NCBI GenBank assembly: GCA_951406725.2
Contig: OX597818.1
Coordinates: 92,070,001 to 92,134,000, forward strand
DNA: 64,000 nucleotides
Origin: Octopus vulgaris
Taxonomy: Eukaryota
Direction of reading: 5' to 3'
Below, in pieces: positions 41,974 through 55,209 of this stretch; position 1 is the stretch's first letter; each line of letters begins with the position of its first letter. The position numbers were made by a program, and so were the translations under genes. The notes beneath the pieces were generated by a model. The model did no database searches. It saw only the letters and a program-made list of their open reading frames with translations, and was not told the origin of the DNA.

Positions 41974-42050
41974 TCCCCTGACGAAGGAGGTATCTTGATG
42001 CACCCTAGTGCTTTAAACATAATAATACACCCCTGAAATGGCCATAGGGA
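41974..42050 (+). ncRNA. Minimal type I hammerhead ribozyme in the Penelope 3' pseudo-LTR
   Basis: tccc-CTGACGA-aggaggtat...atacacccct-GAAA-t(ggcc)a-TA-ggga. Palindromic tetraloop on stem III and AUA cleavage triplet. Confidence 0.8.
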
Positions 42051-42177
42051 TTAAGTAAATATGGTTTCCTCTTTTTTAACTATAAGGCTTCTCTTACTTG
42101 AATAATTTTATAAGATTTCTAAACGATGAACTTTTATTTTATTTACATGATATATATTATATATTTTTTATATGCTT

Positions 42178-42233
<56 letters not shown>

Positions 42234-42344
42234 TTTTATATATCTATATATTTTTATATATTACTTTATATGATATTTTTACTTTCTAGATGTTGTAATG
42301 TTTTTTTTTTTAAATGTATTTTTCTGAATCGCTAAATTATTAAC

Positions 42345-42900
42345 TCTAAACCGTTCATTACAGACTCGTGAAGCTTTGTTGAACAGCTGTTGTTGCGTGT
42401 TGAACAGATCCGGTTATCACCCGAGTTCATTGTGAAGATCGCCCCGTTGCCTTCCTTTGGCAGAAAAGGAAAGGCAACTTTCCCTTGTGTGGCGGCTATG
42501 ACGAAGGAGGTAGTATAGTGGACGAGATTGAAAAGACTAAAAACAGACACGTTCCTCTTCGGCCAAGCCCTCATCGACTTTTTCAAGTTCCACCTGTAAA
42601 AGAAAGTGAAAGAAAAGAGGGAAGGTCTGCGCCTCCCACCCAGTAAATTTGTTGAAAGGCGGTTGAATGTGGCGAGGATAGCCCGTGTGAATGGGCCAAG
42701 TCTGAACCTTCGTTTGTAAACCGGAGGAATTTGAGGAGTGGAGCGCCTGCTAAGGTGCATCTGGTGGTCGAGATAACCAGAATGTGTTGGGTTCCTCGGT
42801 TGTTCCTCTGAGAAACTCCACTCAGTTTGGGGGATTTTTTTTGTTTAATTGTGTCAATTTTTTGTTTGTCGTTGTGGCCCCTGCAGCCAATAAAATAAAG
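42345..42900 (+). mobile_element. Tx1/L1-clade LINE 3' end (ORF2 C-terminus, degenerate)
   Basis: Frame PFITDS*SFVEQLL...AAMTKEVV*WTRLK...FFKFHL*KK...KFVERRLNVAR...*, followed by a UTR ending gtggcccctgcagccaataaaataaa. Confidence 0.7.
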
Positions 42901-42938
42901 TACTATCATCATGATCATCATCCTTATTATTGTTATTG

Positions 42939-42991
<53 letters not shown>

Positions 42992-42999
42992 GTTATTAT

Positions 43000-43569
43000 A
43001 TGTTTGACTTTTGCTTTACATTTGCACAAGCTGGCTCCAAGTCTCACCCAGAGACCTCAAGAGACAACAAGTTGGAAGTTCGTGTTGGTGTTATGCCTAG
43101 TGTGCCATATATTTGGTTTTGTACTTAGTGTTGTACTAGTGAATGTCTTAAAAAACCATACGAAAATTATGTTTGTTTTAAAACTTGAGATTACATAGAA
43201 AGTATTTTGCGTAGGATATGAGCAGTACCCATGACCACTATCTTTTGAATTTCTGCCATTTTGGGGTTTCCTGGTATCTGAGTTAGGTAGCAATCAGTCC
43301 CTTTTGCTATTATTCCCAGGGCAACTATGACAACAAGTATTGTTTTAGTCTTCAGGTTCCACATTTTGCTAATTTCTATTTCCAGATCTTTATATTTGCT
43401 CAGTTTCTGGTAGGTCTTGACAGATACGTTTATATCGATTGGGACAGTCATATCAATGAGGAGGCTTGTTTTTTGTCTGAAGTCTTTTACTATGATGCCT
43501 GGCATATTCGCATCTACCTTTCTGTCAGTTTGAATGGTGAAGTTCCAGAGGAGTGAGATGTGGTCATTT

Positions 43570-43572
<3 letters not shown>
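43000..43572 (-). mobile_element. Dong/R4-clade LINE 3' end (RLE domain) inserted in (TAA)n
   Basis: LWNFTIQTDRKVDANMPGIIVKD..LLIDMTVP..KLSKYKDLEIEI..QKIVVMGTAHILRKIL; (ATT)n on both sides. Confidence 0.9.
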
Positions 43573-43624
<52 letters not shown>

Positions 43625-43625
43625 G

Positions 43626-43840
43626 CGGCGAGCTGGCAGAATCCTTAGAACGCCAGGCATAATGCTTAGCGGCATTTCGTCCGTAGTTATGATTTGAGTT
43701 CAAACTCGGCTGAAGTTGACTTTGTCTTTCATCCTTTCGGGGTTCGATAAACTAAGTACCATTGAAACACTGGGGTCGATGTAGTCGACTCAATCCCCTC
43801 CCCGAAAATTTCAAACCTCGTGCCTTTAGTAGAAAGGATT
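43626..43840 (+). mobile_element. SINE-B (tail type 2)
   Basis: gcggcgagctggcagaatc...gagttcaaactc...tttcatcctttcgggg...cgtgcctttagtagaaaggattatt. Confidence 0.85.
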
Positions 43841-44917
43841 ATTATTAATACTATTAGTTTCATTTATTCATTTTATTTAGCTTATTTAATATATTTATAT
43901 ATTCATTTAATTCTTTACTTCTGCTGTTGACATTACTGATGTTGTTGATGTTTATGATAGCTATGGAGTGGTGGCGGTGAGAGAAATAGATGTTTTCATT
44001 TATTTATTTACCTATTTATTTGTTTATGTACACATTTTCCATCTATTATAATTCATGCATATTTTTATCCATATATTTTTTCTTAATGTGTATATATATT
44101 TTTTATATATATTTTCGTTACGTTTATATTTTTTGTAGATTTTGCTGCTTGTTTGATTCTATTTATTTGCGCTGCTGTTTATTTTTTTTTGTTTTTGTTC
44201 TTTTAATATTTTTGTCTTATGTTTCAAAGAAAATCATTACTTATTGATTGAAGGTTTCTCTGAATCGAATTCGGTGCTATTGCAAGTATCCTGGGAAACT
44301 ATCAGTTTGAATGTGTGTATAAAAGCTCTGTGACTGGCAGGGGTGGTGAGGGGTGGCACCGGATGCTGCGGCAGTGGCGGCTGAGGCGACAAGGGCAGCA
44401 GCAGCAGTAGTAATAATAGTAGTAGTAGTAGTATCGGTGGTGGTGGTGATGCTAATAGGAGGGGGCCAGAATGCTAGACTGAAGGTATCTGTAGATAGAT
44501 AGATAGAAAAACAGAGAGGGAGAGGGGGAGGAATAGAAAGATGAAGAAAGAAAGATAAAGAGGCAGACAGCCTGATTGATAGATAGGACTCATAGACAGG
44601 GGAAAGACTAAGAAAGAAGGAAGGCGGAGAAGAGACAAAGAAAAGGAAATGAAAGAAAGAAATAAAGAAGGAAATAAAGAAAAGAAGGAGGAAAGAAGAA
44701 AAAGAAAAAAACGAAAAAAGAAAGGAAGGAAGAAAGACGGAAAGGAATAAAGGCATTAACATAGAAAGAAAGATAAAGAGAAAGTGAAGTCACTGAATAT
44801 AAGAACTTCCTCATAGTAGAGCTGCCAATATTTCTACCCGTTGCATGAAAATCCTTCCGGATGACAGAATACCTGATGTTACATTTGGTTGCATGATATT
44901 ATTATATAGTGGCTTAA

Positions 44918-45580
44918 GGCGACGAGCTGGTAGAAAGGTTAGCACGCCGGACGAAATGCTTAGCGGTATTTCGTCTGCCGCTTCGTTCTGAGTTCAAATT
45001 CCGCCAAGGTCGACTCTGCCTTTCATCATTTCGGGGTCGATTAAATAAGTACCAGTTACGCACTGGAGTCGATATAATCGACTTAATCCGTTTGTCTGTC
45101 CTTGTTTGACCTCTCTGTGTGTAGGCCCTTGTGGGTAATAAAGAAATAGGTATTTCGTCTGCCGCTACGTTCTAAGTTATAGATAGATAGATAGATAGAA
45201 AAACAGAGAGAGAGGGGGAACAACAGCTGTTCAACCGAAGTCGACTTTGCATTTCATCTTTTCGGAGTCGATTAAAAAAAGTAGCAGTTACGCACTGGAT
45301 TCGATGTCATCGACTTAATCCGTTTGTCTGTCCTTGTTTGTCCTAACTGTGTGTAGCCCCTTGTGGTCAGTAAAGAAATAAGAAACGTTGGCGCGCCAGG
45401 CGAAATGCTTAGCAATATTTCGTTTGTCTTTACGCTCCGAGTTCAAATTCCGCCGAGATCAACTTTGCCGTTCATCCCTTCGGGGTTCATAAATTAAGTA
45501 CCAGTTGCGTAATAGGATCGATCTAATCGACTGGCCCCTCCCCCAAAATTTCGGGCCCTGTGCTTAGAGTAGAAAAAAGT
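44918..45580 (+). mobile_element. SINE-B tandem trimer
   Basis: Three core units; junctions at ~45149 (aaagaaatag|gtatttcg) and ~45381 (aaagaaata|agaaacgtt). Confidence 0.85.
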
Positions 45581-45819
45581 TATCATACAGTGGTTAACGC
45601 CGTATTAGACTATCAACCGGACATGTATATTTGACACAAGGGTCATTACTGAATATATACATTATTAATCCTTTTATTGTTTGCACTTTTTTTCTTTTAC
45701 TTCTTTCAATCATTTGACATTGGCCAAGCTGGAGCACCGCCTAGAAGAGTTTTAGTCGAACAAATCGACCTCAGGACTTATTTTTTCAAGCCTAGTACTT
45801 ATTCTATCGATCTTTTTTT

Positions 45820-45851
<32 letters not shown>

Positions 45852-46359
45852 CATACATACATACATACATACATACATGCGATCGTGCATCCATACAGTT
45901 TTTGTCATTCAAATTCACTCACAAAATATTGATCGACCTGGGTTTATAACAGAAAATACTTTCCTGAAGTCTCAAGCAAGGGGACTGACCTGCAGCCACG
46001 TGGCTACGAAATGCAATTCTTAACCACACAACTATGCCATCTTTCATTCTTTCACTGGATAGCAGCCATGATGGGGTACCAACTTCAGGTCTTTTAATCA
46101 ATCACATTGTCGCCTAAATTTTTTTATCGCACTCTATTTGTCGAACTACAACGTTACAAAAGATAAAGAAGAGTAACATAAACAAAGCTGTGGCTTTGAC
46201 CAGTCTATATCAACAAAAGAATAAACATGGAGCAGGCTTGTTCACAATTTCTGTCAACGAAATTCTGTTCAGAAGGAATTGATCAGGCATGAACAGAGTA
46301 GAAGACTGTTTCCCAAGGAAGCCCTCAGTGATACTGAATACGTTGCCCCATGACTAATA

Positions 46360-46800
46360 TTGGTTTCAAATTTTGGCACAAGGACAGTCAGGTCGGCGGG
46401 GTGGGGCGATAAGTCAATTACATCGACCTCAGTACCCACCTGGTACTTATTTTATCGACCCTGAAATAATAGAAAGTAAAGTCGACCTAGGCGACTTTTG
46501 AACTTAAAACGTAAAGACAGACGAAATGCCACAAAGCATTTAGAAAATCGGGTTAACGATTCTGCTAGTTTGCTGTCTTTAGCATGATTAATATTGTTTT
46601 CAAATTTTGACACAAGGCCAGTATTTTGCCCGGTACGCTAACGATTCTGCCAGTTAGCAGCCTTAAATATTGGTTTCAAATTTTGGCACAAGCCACCAAG
46701 TTTGGGGTAGGAGGTAAATGGATTACATAGAACTCCATTGTTCAACTGGTACTTATTTTATCGACCCACAAAGGAGGCGCTATTTGAACTCAGAACGTAA
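46360..46800 (-). mobile_element. Degenerate SINE-B-like tandem fragments
   Basis: tggtttcaaattttggcacaag-like block repeated three times; ctggtacttattttatcgaccc twice. Confidence 0.7.
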
Positions 46801-46829
46801 AGAATTTAGGAAAAAAACTCATTGATACA

Positions 46830-47800
46830 GGTAGTCTAGTATGTCTCAAAATCACTGTTACAACTAATCTGTCAAAAGTCGATTTTTACTTCTTTCTCTA
46901 GATTTGAACTCCCACTTTTATAAACTGTATCATAAACCAAGTGAGAAACTCCCATACATAAATAGTCCTGTTACACCCACTATAATCTTTAAAAATCTGA
47001 TAGCTAGCAATAGTAATAGGATATCAAATCTATCTTCTAACCAGATATTTCGTAAGGCAGCCCCTCTACTATACAACAATTCCCTAGCTAACAGCGGCTT
47101 CAAAGATAAGATATATTACAACTCTGCGATTAAAAAATATGAATCGTGAAAATAATCCTAAACATGGACATAGGAAAACAAATTGGTTTGTCCCTCTTTT
47201 CTCCCTAAATATTAAGACTAACGTAGATATGAAATTTCTGTCTCATTTAAACATTTCCCAATAAATCATAAATGCAGGAATTTTTTTTAACAGATGCTCA
47301 ATTAAAAAATCATTCAGGTTCTGTCTCAGTATGAATAATAATATAACTCATAAAAAGTCACCTGGAGTACACTCCCAGCTGTAACTATCAAGATTCTGTA
47401 GCTTCCCCACTTGACCAGGCGTGTATGATAAACTCCGTTATATACGAGGCAGAAGTAACAGCAACGTTTCAAGATAAATCAATTGAAAAGAATTGCATCG
47501 GGTTACGTGATGTCGAAGTCAGAAAATGTTATGTAAACCAACTGTCTTCTTTCCGGTTCATCGACAAAAGTAATGCAGCTAAGTTGGCAAGCAACGTATA
47601 GAATTTGAAGACCAGCTCCACATCACATACAATTAAGTGGAGAATCGTGAAGAAATATAAGCCATATGTTAATGTATCTAAGAAATACAACTTAAATGAA
47701 GTAAAAAGATCCGACAATTCCAACACACTGCTTGATATCAGATCTGATATTTTTAGTAGGTGTAAACACTTGGACAGATTATTTTTATCGAATTCAGGTG
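46830..47800 (+). mobile_element. Old Penelope-like (Naiad-type) element: RT thumb, linker and GIY-YIG, heavily mutated
   Basis: Fragments LKITVTTNLSKVDF, YKLYHKP, NRISNLSSN, YNNSLANSGF, NWFVPLFSLNIKTNV, SCNYQDSVASPLDQACMINSVIYEAEV, IKWRIVK and SRCKH. Confidence 0.85.
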
Positions 47801-49429
47801 CGCCACCCGCTCCGGGCTGTCTTACTGTATTGCGGACTTTGACATATTTTCTGTTGATTTTTTTCTACGCCAGCTCTATATTATATGGTTTCTGAAAGTA
47901 GGGAAGACGTGGATGTTAGTTTTCTTTTTATATATTTCGTTTCTTTCCTCTCGTTCAATTTTTTTACATCAACCTTCTTCACTTTTTTCACTTCTCACTG
48001 TCCTGCGTCCCCGCTTTTTAAAATATATATAACATAAAATCAGAGCCCGTAAGACTTCTTCGAGATACATGACGTATCTTAAATAAAAATATCGCTTGTT
48101 AATGTATCATAAAACTATTTGTAGCTCTTCCGGTTGTGTATTAATTGATACGATAGTTATAACTCACTAGATGGAGTACGTTTTTGGGTGATTCTACCTA
48201 TATTGGATTTGTAACTATCTATCTATCTATCAACCTCCATATCTTTATACACGCGCCTATGTATCTGTGTGTGCGTGTGTTTGGGTGCGTGTGTGTGAAC
48301 ATATATATATATATATATATATATATAGATAGATAGATAGATATAAGTGCTACGTACATCGACTGGCTTGTGTCAGTTTCCGTCCATCAGATCCATTCAC
48401 AAGGTATTTGTCAGCCCGGGGCTAAAGTAGAAGACACTTGACACGCCGTTGGACGGAAACTGGAACCATGTGGTAGGAAAACAAAATTTTTACCACTCAA
48501 CCACGGGAAACATATTCATCATATGTAATGTTAAAAAATGCGTTTCATATTCTGCATATGTTTCTATGCTATTTGCCTTTCAGTTTGTACGTACAGCGTA
48601 ATTTATATAACAATACATCGCATTTACTAGTAAATTGTTTGAATATCTCTTAGATGGTGATAATATCCACACTACTATCATTTATATTTCGTATAAATTC
48701 ACTTCTAAATGAAATGAGGAAAACCATTTCACTGAGAATCATCAAGCTCCTGTTTATTTAGTTTCTTTTTTTTTTTAATTAGATGAGAGATTAGTAGGCA
48801 TGACCTCTTTAGAACCTCTTTGATTGGTGAGATCGATCGAGCGATTGATGTTTAGCTCGTACGTCAGTAGTTTGACGCCTGTAAGAAAATTATGGGCGTA
48901 GTAGGAATATTTGTGGAACTGTTGTCCTGGTGGGGAAATGATTGGACAAAGTACTTTGTGATGAAGAATGATGGGAGGAGGAGGATGGGAAAAAGAAAAT
49001 GTGGGTATATTCAGTGGATTTAGGGCGGGGTGGTTTGTGCAGAATAAACAGCTTGGTTACTTCCAGTAAAAGAAGATGGTGTGGCAGAAGTGGTGAAATA
49101 GGAAAAAGTGTGTTCGCCATTGTATGATATATATTATTTTTATTCTTATATATATATGTGTGTGTGTGTGTGTGAGTACGCGTGTGTGTGTGTATACATA
49201 AATATATATGCATATATATTTACACAAACACACGCATATGAATATATATATATATATTACATACATACATACATGCATGCATACATACATACATGCATGC
49301 ATACATACATACATACATACATACATACATACATACATACATACATTCACATGCTCACATACGCATGCTCACATATGCATTCATGCGCACAAAATCATTG
49401 GAACCGCAGATGATTCTGCACCAGATTTA

Positions 49430-50590
49430 ACTTCGGTGGGTTTGCAAATGACTATACTGTTCAATGCAAAATCCATAAGTCTGGTAGCAGGCAGGACAAT
49501 GTCTCTAAAGTCTCATATCTATGGCTTTGTGTTGCTTTCAACAACCGCTAGTATCACTGAATTCTGTGGTTCGTGCGCTGCCAAAATAGAAAATAATTGG
49601 CCTGCATTGTAAATGATGTAACTTTACACATTTCCATTAAATATATATTGGGTTGTCTAGAAAGTTCCTGCCGACTTTTAAAGGAAATAAAAAGGTCAAT
49701 AAATACTTGCCATTACATTTTTAATCAACCAAATATGAACCATTTTGTTGCACAGTGCGTCTCCTTCTTTCCTTTAACTTGAAAATACCCTCTTACCAGA
49801 ATTGAGGTGATTTCATGGCAAAGAATTCATCAAGGTATCTTTTTACGTCATCCAAGGAATTGAAATTTTTACCATTAAGACTATTCTTCAGAGACCTGAA
49901 TAAGTGGAAATCCGAAGGAGCAATATCTGGTGAATATGAAGGGTGAGGTAACACATCCCAGCCGAGCTGCAGCAATATTTGTCTGGTTCCCAAAGCATCA
50001 AGTGCCGAAAATGAACTTTCTTAGCTTCCATTTTAAAGGGTTACAAAATTAACACAGGTTATAGGAACATAAACCTTCTTCCACGAAAAGATAGCTTAAA
50101 CTTTGCCCTAAATAGAGGTGTAGTCAAATCCTATTTTATGGACTCAATCATGTTCTAAAATAAGTCGAAATGTAAGCTACTATAAATCGGCATGAACTTT
50201 CCGGACAACCCAATATTTAACCGCTTCTTTTGCACATTCAAGTATACATCTTTTCTATTCACCTGGGAGGTCTTTATTCGCACGACACTGTCAGCCCATC
50301 GAAGCGGATTTAGAGTACTCATGATTTCGATATAAAACATGAAGATTGATACCGAGTACAAGAACTGGTTTATACATTATAAGTTTAGTTGTTTACTTCA
50401 CATTATGCTGTGCATGTCGTGGCCTTCTCATACATCTAAGAGGATACCTTCCTCAATATCTGCTTCTGTAATAGGTGACCATTCACATACTGAAAACGTC
50501 TTAGATTTCATGAGGTCTGTTCTTATCTCCAAATTCCTGTGCTAGCTTCGCCCTTGTTAAGCGCATAATGAAGGCAAAATCTTTGTTTCG
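49430..50590 (-). mobile_element. Old RTE-clade LINE remnant interrupted by a mariner derivative
   Basis: On minus: LRWADSVVRI (cf. RTE LRWAGHVVRM) near 50300 and C-terminal CPACYQTYGFCIEQYSHLQTH near 49500-49437. Confidence 0.55.
49648..50213 (-). mobile_element. Internally deleted mariner (566 bp)
   Basis: TA-flanked TIRs ttgggttgtctagaaagttcctgccga / tcggcatgaactttccggacaacccaa. Translation LGWDVLPHPSYSPDIAPSDFHLFRSL. Confidence 0.93.
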
Positions 50591-50748
50591 ATTTTGTTGT
50601 TTCTTAGACGCATACTCTAAGACAGATATTTTAGACAGATATTTTGGGAAATGTCTGTTCTTTTATCATGCAAGCATAAAAATATATATAGCAGCGCTCT
50701 CCTAATAAACACGAGCCAATGCATTTTACGTGTACACACACACACACA

Positions 50749-50853
<105 letters not shown>

Positions 50854-51353
50854 TAGATATACACATACATACAGATATATATATATATATATATATATAA
50901 AGAGAGACATATATACTTACACATACACATCATCATCATTTAACGTCCGTCTATCCATGCCACACACACACATACACACACACACACACGCACGCACACA
51001 CACACACATACACATATATATATGTATGTATGCATGTATGTATGTATGTATGTATGTATGTATATGTGTGCCTGTGTATGTGTGTGTGTTTGTGTGTGTA
51101 CAAGTAAAAATGTATGATACTGACTTTGACTTCGAAGTTTATGGTAACATATTGTCTGATCATCGCAAGTAACCTTATAAAAACAATTACATATGGTGCT
51201 CCTTCTTGAAAGGTTTTGGGTGATCCTTCTGTTATACGTTCGCCTGCTTTTACATATATATTTTTATAGAAAAATAAGCGGTCACACACAGCCGTGCATA
51301 CACCGATGCACGCACGCATTTATATAGAGATGCAGTGCAAGAGATACCTATAC

Positions 51354-51407
<54 letters not shown>

Positions 51408-51478
51408 GTAGGCAGGAGGCAGACAGACAGACAGACAGACAGATAGATAGATAGATAGATAGATAGGTAGGTAGATAT

Positions 51479-51563
<85 letters not shown>

Positions 51564-52311
51564 CAGACATTATACCCACACCTATGTAATATCTTATATT
51601 TCGGGTACCATTCAGAAATTTAACGAGGAAATCTTCAATGCGATCGCTCCACCTATTAGAAATAGCAGCCAACCTCTTTTCAGTTAAACCATGCATGTCT
51701 AGTGAATGTAGTCATACATAATTCTCGAAAGACGGGATGGCAACAGTTAAATGTCTTTGATCGTAGAGCTGCTCGATCAAGTTTACTTCAGGCTAAACAG
51801 TAAAGGAAGGCTATTGACTCATCTGATAATTTGAGCCTAAGTAAACAAAGCTGACAGGTCGATCACGGATGGAATGCATATAATCATTGGTTCGCTGGAT
51901 AATGGGCAAGCTTTGGGTTATACAACAATGATTATAATAACAATGGCAACATCAAACTAACTAATGCTTGAACAGAGAAGGAACTTTGATCAAATTGCTT
52001 GGGACAAACTGAACCCCGCTGGCGTGATTGACACGGTTGTAATACATTTTCCCATCGATTTGCTGGATTAGGGATGGTCTTGAGGCTAACCAACGACAAC
52101 AACAACAGCAGTAACCACAAAAAACTGTCTTGACGATATCAGGAAAGAGAGAACTCCTTGGGACAAAATGTACCATTTATATAATAGTCACAGATGGAAT
52201 ACGTTTAATTATTAGTTATCCAGTCAGGGCCAATATCGATCAGGACCGATCTTGGAACTAAACAATATCAGCAGCAGCAGTAGCACCACCGCCACCAACA
52301 ACAACAACAGT

Positions 52312-52510
52312 GGAGGCGCAATGGCTCAGTGGTTAGGGCAGCGGACTCGCGGTCATAAGAACGCGGTTTCGATTCCCAGACTGGGCATTGTAAGTGTTTA
52401 TGGAACAAAAACACCTAAGCTCAACGAGGCTCCAGTGGCGGGGGTGGGGGTGAACCCCGCTGTACTCTTTCACCACAACTTTCTCTCGCACTTTCTTCCT
52501 ATTTCTGCCA
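52312..52510 (+). mobile_element. SINE-C head and body
   Basis: ggaggcgcaatggctcagtggttagggcagcggactcgcggtc..ggtttcgattcccagac, colinear with 11550-11360. Confidence 0.85.
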
Positions 52511-53572
52511 TAAAGCAGAGGAACCATGGTGTAACCCACTGTGGTGTGGTAAACTTTCAGACCCTAGTCTAGATTGCGAATCCTCTGTACCCCAGGATGG
52601 TTCAGCTCTCCACCCGTTAAAAAAGCCACCGTTTACGGAATGAGGATAGCAACGTAGCTTTCGTGCCGTGCAACCGCCAGACTATTGCGTGTGGTGGGTG
52701 GATCTTCAAGTTGCCTCACGCATTCTTAGTGGCTTAGAGTAGGCTCGAATTAGAGATTATTCTTTGTGGCTAATGGCGCGAGTCCTGATTGGAAGAAGAA
52801 AAAGAAGACAACAACAACAACATCAACGAAATCATCTCAGCTATATCTAAGGTGCGAGAGGATCTTCTACAATAAAGTGAACAAAATGAAACCAACAGGA
52901 TGGTCCCAGCCGCAATGTCTTTAATCATAGGCTTGTCTTGATTGGTGATGTTCTTGGAGCTAAACAAGAACAGCAACAACAAACTAACAAACAACAAGCT
53001 GTTTCAACATTATAAGAGCAAGGGGAAACCATCAGGTCTGATTGCTTGGGAGAAAATTTGTTAAAGTCTGCTAAAAACTAGGCAGTACAAACAAACCTGG
53101 GACTATGGATATACCTAAACCCAACTGAAGGTCAACAGAAGTCGCCTAGCATCTGATAGTAGGCGTCAATTGATTTTAGAACTTTGAATAAATTACTAAA
53201 TATTTAGTGGCATATATTGACTTAATAACTGAAACTTTTGATTTATATCTGTGAAGTAGATTTAATTTTCTATCAATTATTTTTTTGTTTTTTTGTTTTA
53301 CTTTTCCAACTTTAAATATCTTATTCCCTGCGTCATCATCATTACTTAAACAGTGGGTATATCCACTACTATGTGGATAAATCAATATAATAATAAGTTT
53401 GCATTTTAAGAAGAAAAAAAATCATTAACAAATCGACATGATCGATAAAATCTATAAAAGGAAGAGTGTAACTTTTATATTAATGAAGGAAAAGAGAATA
53501 ACTATTATGAATACTGATGTTGATGTATACGAATGGTGACTGCTGTTTTTGTACTGTTGAATGTAATTTAGA

Positions 53573-53604
<32 letters not shown>

Positions 53605-53702
53605 GTATGTATGTATATATGTATGTATGTATGTGTGTGTGTATGTGTGTTTATGTATGTGTGTACATGTGTGTGTATGTATATATATATGTGTGTGTGT
53701 GT

Positions 53703-53751
<49 letters not shown>

Positions 53752-54543
53752 TAAATACATATCTGTACATATATATGTGTAGGTGTACGCGGTATGTGTA
53801 TGCGTTTGTGTATGTGTATGTGTATGTATATGTGTTTGAGGATATGTGTGTTTATACCAGAACATCTATGCGAACTTTACTACAAAACCTGCCAACATAT
53901 GTATGAGTGATGTGTGTGCACGCAAACTGTGTATTTCATAAGAAAAGGGATAAAAAAATTTCAGATTTACACGCGCGCAAACACACACATCGACGCAAAT
54001 ATGTACTTGCACGTGCGAACATATACGCATATACACACATGAACACACAGGCCACCAATGCTCGGATTCATGCAGTCACATATACATAAACACAAAAACT
54101 CATACACATACACAGGCACACATGCACACATGCACATACGCACACGTACTTTCCCACAAACTTTTCATATTAATGCAGACAAGCACGCGCATTAAATTGT
54201 ATATCCAGTATAATATATTAACGGTAGATTATACATATGTTGTGTATAAGAGTGACATTAATAAAGCAATCTTCAAATCATAAGATATGCATCATTGATA
54301 TGTCTGCAGACGACTCGTGCGTTATATTCCATTAGGTTTGTCTTTTCTTTCATTTATTCTCAATAAAATCCCAGTTGAAGCAGAACAGAAATGAATGAAA
54401 GTTAAAGTTTTCAAAATGGCCGAACATATCGTCTGCCGTATTGAAAAAGACGTCTAACGCTATTGTTTCACAGCTTTTTTCATGTATATGCGTGCGTGTG
54501 TGTATGTGTGTGTACGTGCGTGTGTGTGAGTGTGTGCGCGCGC

Positions 54544-54598
<55 letters not shown>

Positions 54599-55066
54599 TA
54601 TATATATATGAGACCAAGATGGAAAGAAATTTAAGAAGTTCGTTTCACAACCACAAAGTCCATTCCTATCTTCGATGTTCCTGTGAGTCATCTTAAATAA
54701 ATGTTGCTTTCTATAGCTTCTTGGCGCACCATATCTTTATTAATTATCATCTGTTTCGCAGTCCGTGTAAGTTACATAATTGATGCTACTTAATCTGTTA
54801 CACATAAATATGAATGTATATATATGTGCGTGTGTATACATACACACACACGCACACACACACATATCTATCTATATATCTATGTATCTATCTATATATC
54901 CCCTTGCAGACGAGAAGCGGCACTGACCGCATCCAAACACTGTGTATATGAGGAGGGTGATGTCTCGCTACGTGAGAATCTATCAATACCCTGTAAAACC
55001 CCTTGCATGAAAAATTAAGAAATATATCCGTTTGCGAGTGTATATATATATATACATATATACATA

Positions 55067-55111
<45 letters not shown>

Positions 55112-55153
55112 TATATATATATGTGTGTGTGTATATGTATATAAATACATATA

Positions 55154-55209
<56 letters not shown>

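Noticed and set aside
40246-42900. Idea that ORF1 and the downstream Tx1 ORF2 fragment are one broken LINE
   Set aside because: The ORF1 unit has its own tail and a perfect TSD and is followed by Penelope sequence, so they are separate insertions.
44918-46800. CRISPR-like periodic repeats
   Set aside because: The repeats are SINE modules of irregular spacing in eukaryotic DNA; no cas genes or unique equal-length spacers.
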